Origin: Octopus sinensis
Lineage: Eukaryota
Assembly: GCF_006345805.1 (NCBI RefSeq)
Contig: NC_043000.1
Span: 135,780,001 to 135,844,000 of the forward strand
Length of the DNA: 64,000 nucleotides
Direction: 5' to 3'
Below the pieces are notes generated by a model. The model was not told the origin of the DNA. It ran no database searches and was given only the letters and a program-made list of their open reading frames with translations. Each line of letters begins with the position of its first letter. Position 1 is the stretch's first letter. Below are positions 1 through 12,630 of this stretch, piece after piece. A program made the translations under genes and the position numbers.

Positions 1-516
1 CGTGGCTTCTGATTTTAACTGACTGGAAGTGTTATCATGTACATTGTTTTGGCTTGGAATAAAAGATGGGCTACAGCAAATATTCTGCTCAGTACCACAG
101 ATTTGCTTGTCAGTCGTTTGACCTTAACCAGTTGAGCATGCCCCTTAATGGCTGACGATATGTGCATCTCTGATCACAAGCAGAAGTAGTTGGGGAGCAT
201 CATAGCCATGTGTTGAGAGGGATTCTTTGGGGTTCGAATAATGCACCTCTGGGAACGCGGGTGTTTCGTTCAACATCCTTAAACAACCCTTATTCAGAGA
301 CCTTTTGAGCGGGATGGGTTACTCGACCAGAAGAAAATTCTAACTGGGCTCCACCTGCAAGGTCATGTGCTGTTTATCTTGATATGAGATCACCATGTCG
401 CACACACATGGTTTTGATGCATGTGCCTAGTGTACCCTTATCAGACGGGTAGTCATGATGGGAATACAAGGCTTCGTATATTTTACCCCAGTGTCACTTT
501 GATGGCATATACTGCA
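1..516. mobile_element. Probable interspersed repeat fragment, class unknown (runs off the window start)
   Basis: GC-richer, non-repetitive block that ends abruptly in AT/TA-rich sequence. It resembles a common octopus dispersed repeat as I recall it. No diagnostic termini or ORF. Confidence 0.3.
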
Positions 517-1348
517 TACGTATGCATTGTGTTTGATAAAAAGAATAAGCTAAAATGCATTTATATACGATGCAAAGTTTATTGCATATAAGGCGTGCAT
601 ACAAATGTTAATTTACTGAGGAGGAATTTATTATCAAAATTATACATGTACACACACACAGCAATGTAGCTATGCATGTATGTAAGTATGTATGTATGTA
701 CGTATACATATATATATATATACAAATACAGACCTGCATACACATATACACACACACATATATATATGTAAGTATTTATATACATACAAATTTATGTACA
801 TACATACTTACATGCATACACACAGACATAAAAACACACACATATACATACATACATACATACATTTATACTGATATATATTTATACTCATATATTCGAT
901 TAAATATATATTTGCGTACATGCATATAAAAAAATAAGTTTGCATAATATTTGCTGACGATTCAATTTCAAGCAAAACTATGCTTGTACCCAAGAACATA
1001 CTCGTGCCTATATACATACACGCATTGTAATATTCGCACAAACTAAAAAAAACCTCTACTCCTCTCCTAACTGTACATGTTTATACGCGTATGTGCGTAT
1101 ATTTATACAAACATCAATTCTTTTAATTTCATAGATATACGTAAATATATTTATGCAAACATATGTGTGCGTTTCTAAATACATTTAAATATAATTCTAT
1201 GTATATGAGATTCTTATAGAGACACTCCTATTAGTATATTGTGTATTGTATATATATGTGTGACTAGATTTGCATTCGCTTTTATTATTCGAATCGAACA
1301 GTTGATAAAATGGTGAACATTTATTATTTTGAATGTACACACATGCGC

Positions 1349-1980
<632 letters not shown>

Positions 1981-3107
1981 CAGTTGCTGCAAAGTGTGTC
2001 TGTTCTTTGTGCACTTTCTCTACTTTCAACATATTTTCCAAATACAGTCGAGATGCTTTTTCTGTTTTCCTCTTTCTGTTCTCTCTCCTCCCTGTAACAC
2101 AAGCACACATTCTCATACAAACGCACCCATGGTCACATACGATATCGCGCATATGCAAGTGTGGTGTATGTTTGATATATGCGTATATATTTATGTATGA
2201 CTTTATACACACATACGTACACACACATACACATACATACATATACACACACTCTCTGTCTTTCTTTTACACACACTCACTCTTGCACACACAATAACAC
2301 ATTTATATACTATACATATAGTATACACATGATATTTCTGCTGTGTTTTTTAAGTGTGTGCGAATATATGTGTATGTATTCATTGATATATGTAAATCCC
2401 TGTGCTACGTTATGTATGCCTATGAGTATGAATATGCGTGTATATATTGGTAGATGTTTGCAACGGAAAATAAGATTGCTCGCTGTTGTCAGGAACCATT
2501 CACCTGAATCCTTCATCTTCCACTAAACTGAAAGAACGAAAGCCACCAGCAAATTCATACTATTTAGAAAAATACCCACAAAAACACACTTTCCATGTGG
2601 CTTCCTTATCCACAAACCCATGCTCTCGATATCTTACGCATATGAACACACAGGCACACAAACACGTATTTGTATACGCACTCACCAATTCACACGCGTA
2701 TATCATACCCATGGTCACGCATGCTATATTAAATAAATTACCATTCACTCCTGACAACAGTTGGTCAATTCACAAAGATTGGTTTTTACATGCGTAAATC
2801 CGACGTCGTTCTTTTATGTCTTTTAACCTTAAGTATTGCTTTTCCGGTGATTTTAAGAGAACCGTTTATATTTGAGGTTCCGTTTTTCTGAATTCCACTT
2901 ATTATGAACGGTTTCATTCACTTATAGCAGTGAGACTATCTAATATCACCACATTAATAACAAAAACATAGCAAACAAATATAGTGAAATTGAAAAGATA
3001 ATGTTTGCTCTAAAATAACTGTAGAACATTTTGTTTATCCAATTTTTTTTTTTTTCTTTTTCTCTAGTTTGAAAATATCTGATCCCGACTAGCATATTTA
3101 AGCTTGA

Positions 3108-3289
3108 AAACCACGACTACGACGACGACGACGACCACCACCACCACCACCAACAACACTACCACAACCACCATCACCACCACCAACACTACCACAACAA
3201 CCACCACCAGCAACAACAACAACAACAGCAGCCCAACCACAACCCTTACCACCACTGCTGCTGCTGCTACTACTACTACTACTACGACA

Positions 3290-3388
<99 letters not shown>

Positions 3389-3421
3389 GCTGCTGCTACA
3401 ACAACAACAACAACAACAACA

Positions 3422-3477
<56 letters not shown>

Positions 3478-3478
3478 A
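3108..3478. repeat. Compound trinucleotide microsatellite (ACG/ACC/AAC/ACT/GCT)n
   Basis: Direct reading. Source of the poly-T and poly-V pseudo-ORFs. Confidence 0.95.
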
Positions 3479-3714
3479 AGCTTTTGTATTCGCAAACCAA
3501 ATTCTGAAAGATTGAAATATTCAATTTCTTCTCTGTCTGTCTGTCTATGCTTCCGTTTGTGTCTCTTTGTCTGTGTCTCACTCACCATTTTAAATTTTAT
3601 TTTCTATAAGATCGGTTCAGTGCCCTAACCTATACAACCTGATATGTACGTATATGTGCGAAGTGAGAGTGTACATGTGCATGGCTGGGTGTATGCATTT
3701 ATACATACATACGT

Positions 3715-3753
3715 ACATACATATATATATATGTTTATCTATATATATATTTA

Positions 3754-3818
<65 letters not shown>

Positions 3819-3942
3819 GTTTATGTATATATATATATATGTTTATGTATATATATATAGATAGATATATGTTTATGTATATATATATAGATAGATAGAT
3901 ATATGTTTATGTATATATATATATATATATAGATAGATATAT

Positions 3943-3973
<31 letters not shown>

Positions 3974-3987
3974 GATATATGTTTATG

Positions 3988-4038
<51 letters not shown>

Positions 4039-4046
4039 TATATGTT

Positions 4047-4105
<59 letters not shown>
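3715..4105. repeat. (TA)n array with a recurring ATGTTTATGT...AGATAT subunit
   Basis: Direct reading. Confidence 0.93.
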
Positions 4106-4106
<1 letters not shown>

Positions 4107-4874
4107 TGGATACATACACACATACTAATATCTATGAGAGTACAGTAAATTGTTCGGAATATTTTGTTGGGTTTTTCCTAAAAAGAAGGAAATAATTTCT
4201 AAGTGAAGAGATAGCTTCAGACAATAAGGAGGAAAGTTACTTGTAGTCCATGAATAATCGCTGCATATTATGTTAAATATTGTAATAGTGCTACATGTAT
4301 GATAATCAACCAAATTGGATCTTAACAACACACAACAGGCTAAATTCACATTAGTGTTAAATTACTGTATTAAGGGTTTACAGAACATGTCTGTTATGAA
4401 AACATTCAACCTTCAATGGTTTAATGAACAACTGAATGTGGTCATTCAACTTGCTGGAAATAGCAGTCAAATTATCCTCAAATCATATGTTGGAAAAAAA
4501 AGGACACATTCGGTAATGTAGGCCCAGAGATAATTTTCAGAAGACAAGATGGTAATGGCGAGAAAGCTGTGTATCGGAGGTCTGTTCACTCTGAGCTGGC
4601 ACGGGATACAGTATAGCTGCGAAATCAACCTGGCATTAAGTTGGTATTATATATTAGTGAATAGCGGGAGTACTATAAAAATAATGCGTGTTTCATTGAT
4701 TTGCAACATTGAGTTAAACCCTTCCATAGTTCTGAACAAAGCAAATCAAAGCCATCTAATATATTATCGGCCCGAGCTTGATATTAGTCTTTTAATATAC
4801 ACTGGATCTCAACCGTTGTTCCAATTACAAATTACGTGTCATAACTATTATAGCATATTTCAGTTTATATTAAA

Positions 4875-5488
4875 CTAGCAGTATTGCCCGGCTCAACGGG
4901 GATTTCAGGGGAGAGTTTCAGGGAGTCGTTGGCGATGTATCGTGATGATAAAAAATCCGGCCTGCTAAAATTTGGTTAAAGTGATTCAAACTACAGACTC
5001 AACGCAAAATGGTCACATTTAATTCAAAGCGTTAAAAATGTTATGAAAACAATTGGTATGTGTTCACAAAGTCAAAACGATTAATACGAAAAGACCCTCC
5101 GGGCTACATCCCGAAAATTCATTTCTTTGCCGAATTTCTACAATGTTTACGGCGATTCTTTTTTCATATGTTGATTTTTTATTTTGCATGCAATTTACGC
5201 ATGCTTGCATGCGTGGTGAACACAGTTCACGTCAAACAGCTGACTGAGTAAAGTTCACTATTCAATGCATGGGATAAGGCCTAAACAAACACATTATCGA
5301 TTTTTGCACTTGCGAGATGAATTTCGGAACAGAAATAGCGCAGTTCAATTTTCATTCGCCTAAACATTAAGTGACCCATTTTTGGTGGTTCTACGATTTG
5401 TTGGCTAGGAGGAGATGTGTCGGGAAGTTAAACACACAGACACACAGATACACACACAGACACACAAGTTGAGTTTTATATATATAGA
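4875..5488 (-). mobile_element. Non-autonomous Helitron-like element (Lep1-type architecture)
   Basis: The minus strand begins TCTATATATA, has a (TGTC/TG)n tract near its 5' end and ends CTAG|T (plus strand aCTAG at 4875). A GC hairpin CCCG-gctcaa-CGGG (4887-4900) lies just inside that end. Confidence 0.7.
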
Positions 5489-6374
5489 AGAGTCAGCTCA
5501 GGTGCATAAATTGGTTCATTTTGGCATATTTCACGGTACCTATAATACAGAGCAGAGTGATACTGAATGAATGAATTCGGAGATGAAATGACTTGTGCTA
5601 ATGCACCGTTACCAGTGCCAAGTAAAAGAATCGTCTCCATACTTCCATTGAGGTTTTCGTCTTAAATAACTCTGCTAACACTAACCATTACCGTTTTAAA
5701 AAGTAAAAGACAAAAAATACCATCTTTATATAGTTCTTTCGAATATTGGACTATCTCAGCAACTTTACGACTGCCGCGGAAACTGAAAGGAAGTAAATCA
5801 ATCAATAGTTAAAAGGAAGACAAATTTTAATCATTAAAACAGTAAAAGAGATGTTTAATATGAGTAATTATTGCCTATAAATCAGACCAGGGTGAATGCA
5901 GAAGAATACAGTTGCTTATTTTGTTTTCTGTGGCCACGAATTCGATTGGGGATAGTATCATCCTCACAGGTTTTCAGTGATTATCTGTGACAGAAAATAG
6001 GTTTAAAGGGATTTCGAATAAACTGTGAAATTAATTGTTATTATTCTTCAATTTCAATGTGTTATAAACTTTTATAGTGGCATTTAAAGTGTCATACAGA
6101 AGCAGTACTTTGAATCGTGTAAGTGGCTCGTGGTAGTGGATAGCTGGAAAGTGTTCCTATAGACGAGACTTAAAACAGGTGGGAGGTGAGTGAACCAGTG
6201 GTTTAGCATGATTCAATAGAAATAAAATTGTCAAATGGTTATTGAATTTGTCATGGAATATGTTACTTTAGAGTCCAGTACTTTCCCAAGCTACTATCAA
6301 TTGTGCTTGTTAACATTGGTAATGGTTGTGGCCGCCATTTTCTTTATATTGATTCATATTTATTTTTCGTTGCT

Positions 6375-6394
6375 GTAGTTGTTATTGTTATTGC

Positions 6395-6467
<73 letters not shown>

Positions 6468-6490
6468 GTTGTTGTTGTTGTTGTTTTTGT
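6375..6490. repeat. (ATT)n/(GTT)n microsatellite
   Basis: Direct reading. Confidence 0.95.
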
Positions 6491-7566
6491 TATTATCAAC
6501 ATCATCATCACTGCTGTTGTCTTTGCTTTGTTGTCGACAATGTTCTTCGTTTTCTTTCTTTTTTATTCTCTTCCTCCTCTTCTTGTCCCCATTCTTGTCG
6601 TTTTCATCGTCGTTGGCATTGTTGCTGTGGCCGTCCTTCTCCTCCTCCTCCTACTCATCATCACTTGCTTAGTGTACAGGATATTGTTTTCCTTCTAATT
6701 TTTTAAAAACTTTCTGTTCTTGTGGGAAATGAAGAAAATGATATATTTTTAAAAACATTCTATCATCGATAAAATGGGATTATATTACACTGGGGTATGC
6801 CAGTTGTTTGCTTTATTTTTTTTTTAAACTTCAGTATCTAATTCATTGCCTCGTTTTTCAACAACCAGACGTCATAGAATTAAAGATATTCATAGCTTAT
6901 ATATCAAGAGAGAATTTAAACAATTAACGCCGAGCAGAGTTGGATTCCTATACCACACATCCCATGTAAGCGACATTGTAAGGCCATACCCTGAGATGTA
7001 ATCTTACTGAAAGAGAATATATCACAGTCCACGTTCTGTCTGAAAGAAAATAGAATATTATCTCAAAGACGTTTTTTCTCCTTTCTGACTATAAATATAT
7101 ATCATAACCTACAAATGCCATAAAATCATTTCTTTTTATTCGAAAACAGCTAGAACGCAATATAAAAATAAAATAAAAATCGTAAATTAATGTAAGAAAG
7201 ATAAAAAGTGAATAGATGAAAGATGATATACAGCAATAGAACAAAACTAAATGACATAAAAAATTAATAAAAAGAAATGTAAACAAAATAAACGAAATGA
7301 AATGAAACCGATATACAATAAGGTTTCACAGCTTAGCATTATTGCTTTTGAAATCCAGAGATTGGCTCGAGTTTCTTCGTTGTTTTTCTCTCTGTGGAGC
7401 ATTATGTTCGACCATATTTTAGCCAAGATAATGTCTGTGCATTGAAATATGAGAAAAATCTTTAAAATATTGGCTTTAACATCTCTCTACGACATTGTTA
7501 ATTATTTTAGACAGTAGTGATAGGGAAGATTTTGTCTGTGCGTATATACATACACATATATATATA

Positions 7567-7628
<62 letters not shown>

Positions 7629-7644
7629 ATGTGTGTGTGTGTGT

Positions 7645-7680
<36 letters not shown>

Positions 7681-8022
7681 CGTTTGTGTGTGAGCGTGTA
7701 AGTGCGTTATGTATGTATGTATGTATGTACGTATGTATATGCGTATCTATCTATTTATCTAACCATTTACATACAGACAGACGCATACACACATACATGC
7801 ATACATGCATACATTAATTCATTCATACGGTCAAACAGACTGCCAAGAGAGTGGTGTTGGTCTGTGTCGGCAAGATTTGTACGATTTGGTAAAATCAACA
7901 AAAAGAACAGAATGAACATGCTGTGGGGAATGGAAAAATCCAGAGTTTCGGACAGATTCCTCCTTATATATATATATATATAGTAATAACGGAAATGATT
8001 GTGGTTGGAAATTTTTAGACTT

Positions 8023-8237
8023 TAGTAATATATTGCGATATATGTTTCTGCATCTCACACGTTCATTTGTAAGGACATTTTCACACCAATAGCATATTAT
8101 AAAATGTTTATGATATCTATGAATTTTGAGCATTTTTCTATTCCATAGATATAAAAAAATATTCTATAATATCCTACAGATGTGAAAATGTCCTCGACAC
8201 TGAACATGTGGGATGCAGAAACGTATGTCGCAATACA

Positions 8238-8243
<6 letters not shown>
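8023..8243. mobile_element. Fold-back/MITE-like element with ~100-bp imperfect inverted arms
   Basis: 8023-8123 (tagtaatatattgcgatatatgtttctgcatctcacacgttca...) aligns to the reverse complement of 8141-8243 (...tgaacatgtgggatgcagaaacgtatgtcgcaatacattaata) at roughly 80% identity. TA at both ends. Confidence 0.75.
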
Positions 8244-8280
<37 letters not shown>

Positions 8281-8355
8281 AAATATTAGGGAATAAATCC
8301 AAACTTACAGGGAAAAATCAGATTTAGGATTGAATCCAATTTTATAGTAAAATAT

Positions 8356-8695
8356 TATATTATATTAAATTAGAGATAAAACCACTATTAGGCAAATCAT
8401 ACAATGAAAAACTTAAGCCAATACATAAGATTAATTAATTTATATTATTTAAATATATATCAAAATTATTAAACCTCGCCAAGTTAAATATTTAAACCAC
8501 CTGAAGAATGTTTGTAACTCGAAATTTTAAGAATTGGACAGCAATGAAACGATCGTAGTGTTATACTAATTATCTTTTTTAATAATTTTGATATATATTT
8601 AAATAATATAAATTAATTAATCTTATGTATTGGCTTAAGTTTTTCATTGTATGATTTGCCTAATAGTGGTTTTATCTCTAATTTAATATAATATA
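8356..8695. repeat. Perfect 118-bp inverted repeat (8356-8473 / 8578-8695) around a 104-bp spacer; likely inverted Penelope pLTR module
   Basis: The arms match base for base by inspection. The module sits between (TA)n tracts and the spacer holds a hammerhead core. Confidence 0.9.
8495..8562 (+). ncRNA. Type I hammerhead ribozyme-like motif, long stem II
   Basis: cac-CTGAAGA(8501)-38 nt-GAAAC(8546)-GATC-GTA-gtg. Stem III is palindromic, the cleavage triplet is GUA, stem I is 3 bp and stem II is imperfect. Confidence 0.6.
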
Positions 8696-10548
8696 TATAT
8701 ATATATGTATATATATATGTATATTTATTTTTATGTTTCTTCTGTGAAAGAAACTTTGCTATCGTAATGTTTAGCATTGCAGCAGTTTAGCATGTTAAAT
8801 CCCATTATTAAAAAAGGCAAATGAAAAACATTCTCGCTGTGTGACCATTCTGACAAATTCTCTCTTGTAATTGACCCTCTTCGTGTGGAACCAGGTCGCT
8901 GTTTCGTTTTTGCGTACAAATTCAATCTTCCTTTGTTTCCTTTTTGCATTTGAGAATGTGTATTTCTTCTAAATCGTGTAACATTTGTATTATTTTCGTA
9001 TCCTTTTGAAGTATATTATTGTTATCTTTTTATGTTATCCTTTTATGGTAAGTGGCAATAATGTTTTGAAATTATTAGGATTTGAATCGTCAACTTTGGA
9101 AGTACTAATGAATTAATCTGACAAAACAAAAAAAGCTCTTCAAAATTGGAGTGTAATACAAGTAAACTAACACAGACACACAGTAAAATAATGGGAAAAT
9201 AATTATGATACTTGACAGCGTCAGTCACTAATTTCCCAAGTCATTATGCAGTGAAAGCATTAAACAATTAATAGAAGAAGCAGAGCACGTCATGCTTTTT
9301 GCTGCTTGGTCATTACTTCTCGCACATTTTTTGTATATATCACGAAAACATATCGTTGCTATTATAGCAAAAGTGTCATAGTCCAAAATTCTGCTTTTTC
9401 AGAAAACGAAAAAAACAAAAAACAAAAAAACTGCACTACCATTCCATTTCTTTTTACATTAGCAACCGTATCAGCTTAACAATAATACTTTGTTAGGTGC
9501 ATAGAATCCGTAGCTCCATGCAGGTATAATATTTTTAGTGAGAAATATTTTTGCAAAACTGTCGTACATGGGACTTACTACACCTTTGGAAAATGCTAAA
9601 CAGTTGTACTACAATTTGATAGTTTTTATCTGAAGCAGCTGGAGATACGATATTTTGACCAAAAGAACCGGTTATTGCAAGCAAAATTAAATATTGAGAA
9701 AAACGCATTTGGCCAAATTTGGACATACGACAGTTTAAAGATATAATCTTAGAGTTCGCCTGACAAAGAAATTGTTACTTGAGTTGCATCAGAATTTCCA
9801 GAATATTTCAAAGCTATTATAGAAAAAGGTAAATATTGAATGTAGACAAATGTTGTTATTTTGGAAACGCTTACTCTCAAAAACGTCCATATTAAAGGAA
9901 GAGAAAAAATGTACCAGAGTTTAAAGCAACAAAAGATCATGTCAAATTGTTACTGGTAAATTCTGTTGGAGATTTGACATTCGAACCATTGATTGTTACT
10001 CATTTTGATCTTCCAAGAACAATGAAAGTGTTTCCAAAGCAGTTTTACCTGTCAGGAAACCTAATAGGAAAGTTGCACAAAATGTATCTACTGGATGGTT
10101 CGTTGAAGATTTCTGCCTCGTTGTCATTTGTTACGGTTAGAAGAATAATTTGAAGTGCAAATTTCTTTTGGATACGCTTCTAGCCATCCTTCAGTTATCG
10201 TCTGCATTTCACCATGGGCAAATTTAGTACTAGAGCCTATGGATCAGGATTTATTTCTATTTTCAAGGCATGTTATCTTTAAGCCAGATGAATGCAGCGT
10301 TTGATGATAATCACCAGCTTGCAAAGAATCTGAAAGAATCACAACAATAAGCAAGCAAAAAAAAAAATTATGTTTGTCAAAATTTTAAATATACATGCCT
10401 ATATAAGGATTTGGAGAACTTACGTCCAACTAGAAAGAAGTAAGGGTCTAAGTGCAACAGCGGTGCCACCTGAAATACGAGAGCAGTATTGTATTATGGC
10501 TTTCTTCCGAATTTTCTAAAGAATTGTGTAGTTTGGTACTGAGCCACT

Positions 10549-10595
10549 GGTTGACACTGAAGAGAAGAGCCTATCTTTGAAATGCAGTCGTAACC
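10549..10595 (+). ncRNA. Type I hammerhead ribozyme-like motif
   Basis: ggttgaca-CTGAAGA-gaaga gccta tcttt-GAAA-tgca-GTC-gtaacc. Stem II is 5 bp, stem I is ggtt(g)ac/gtaacc, the triplet is GUC. Confidence 0.55.
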
Positions 10596-10619
10596 ATGTT
10601 AAACGTTGTGAGACCTTGC

Positions 10620-11370
10620 ATTTTGGGTGATGGTGACAGCCCTAGAGGTGGTTTAAGGGAAGCGAAGTGAGATGATGCTCTCTCGCTACGTTCAGTCAAT
10701 TTTTTACCGTTGAAAGCGACAAAATTTACTTGTTCCCGTTGAAGAATGTTTTCAGGGATATTTTATTTAGTCAAGTAAGATCGGTATGATTTGCGTGAGA
10801 GTGGTTGTTGTAGATGACAGTAAATAAGCGTTAATGTATAAGAGGAAGAGGATAGGCGATAGAACCGCACCTTGGAACACAACACAGCTCTCTCTTATGC
10901 ACACTCCTCTGTTAGATTACGCTATCATGGTTTATGCTGAGATTGCTCTGATCCACTCTACCAAGAGTGTGAATCAGAGAGCATACCATCAGTGCAGACT
11001 GCAACGGTGCAATCTGACGTGAAATTATTGATTCCGGAGATAAATGAAGTACAGAGACTATAGGCGGACAGCTTGACAGGAAAATAGCGTGCTACATTTG
11101 GTAAATGACGTGGCGGAGTCACGAATTTTTTTATAGGGTGATATCTCTCTGGTGATCAGCATGGGAGAATAATTCAGTGAATCAGAAAATTTTTGCTTTA
11201 CGAAAACAGTGAAATGGAAATATGTTGAGATGAAATTTTGTGCGCTTGGTAGAGTGGTGAACAGAAGAGGAAGCTCTCTCCAGGAGAATACTGCTCACGA
11301 AGGGAAAGGATAATTTCGCAAAGATTTTGGAAACCCTTTTGGAAAGGGACCAATAGGGACCTGGTCACTG
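10620..11370 (-). pseudogene. Degenerate non-LTR retrotransposon RT fragment (CR1/L2/Jockey group)
   Basis: The minus strand at ~10830-10882 translates VFQGAVLSPILFLLYINA, matching the RT motif GVPQGSVLSPxLFxxYIND. The rest is heavily decayed and the boundaries are approximate. Confidence 0.55.
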
Positions 11371-11490
11371 TATCAGCTCAAATAAACTATTTCATTGAGA
11401 TTGAGTTCTTCTCTCGTTCCTTATAAGCAATCAATATATGCACATACATTCCTATATACGTACATACATGTATACATGCATACACGTGTA

Positions 11491-11537
<47 letters not shown>

Positions 11538-11633
11538 GCACACAAACTCCCCCCACATATATATGCATAGATACGTATATGTGCGCTTATTTATATACAT
11601 ATATATATATATATGTGCATTGACACGTATGCA

Positions 11634-11684
<51 letters not shown>

Positions 11685-11695
11685 GTATGTTTGTG

Positions 11696-11727
<32 letters not shown>

Positions 11728-12129
11728 TATACATACATGCACATACGTACACACATACACATACATCCCACATAGATACAAACCTTTAGAATATCAATGC
11801 CCTTATTATTGATAGAAGCCATTATCATTGTTGTTGGTGAAATTTGTTATCTATTGATATTACTTTGATCTAGCATTTAATAATGGCGGTCATTAAAGCG
11901 ATGCAGCTTAACATGGTTGAGTTGTTAATAGATGGAAGTGGGGGGGGAGAGTGAAATAGCTTACAGGCCATTGGATGGCTGCAATATACCATGTTGAGAA
12001 TTACACTATAAAAAAAATCATTCCGATGGTTTTTTTATGGTTATGACAATGATGGCGTTGGTGAAAAGATAATGAATGTTGTTGTTGTTGTTGTAGATGA
12101 AGATTGAAACCGTTGTGGTGGTCGCAATG

Positions 12130-12188
12130 ATGACGAAGATGGTGACGATGTTGATGATGATGATGATGTGTTGATGATGATGATGATA

Positions 12189-12234
<46 letters not shown>

Positions 12235-12237
12235 GGG

Positions 12238-12273
<36 letters not shown>

Positions 12274-12276
12274 GGG

Positions 12277-12315
<39 letters not shown>

Positions 12316-12630
12316 GGATGATGGTGGAGATGGTTCTGTTGATAATACTACTGCTGCTGATAATGGCGATGATTAAGAATGGCGGAGATGAAGGTGATGT
12401 CGATCATGACGTTTAAGATTATATGTGCTTAGCGAGAATAATATGATAATGGTGATATGATGATAACGACAAGGATAATGACGACGACGACAACGTCGAT
12501 GATGATGATGATGATAGTGGTGTGGTGGTGGTGGTGGTGATGGTGGAGGTGATGGTGGTGGTGGTGATAGTGGTGGTAGTATTGGTAGTGTTGGTCGTAA
12601 TTGTAGAACTTGTGATGGAGATGATGATAA
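12130..12630. repeat. (GAT)n and (GGT)n microsatellites
   Basis: Direct reading. Source of the poly-M, poly-H and poly-T pseudo-ORFs. Confidence 0.93.

Noticed and set aside
9200-10330. Possible DNA transposase remnant
   Set aside because: Only isolated short motifs such as FKLW. No ordered catalytic motifs or TIRs could be confirmed.
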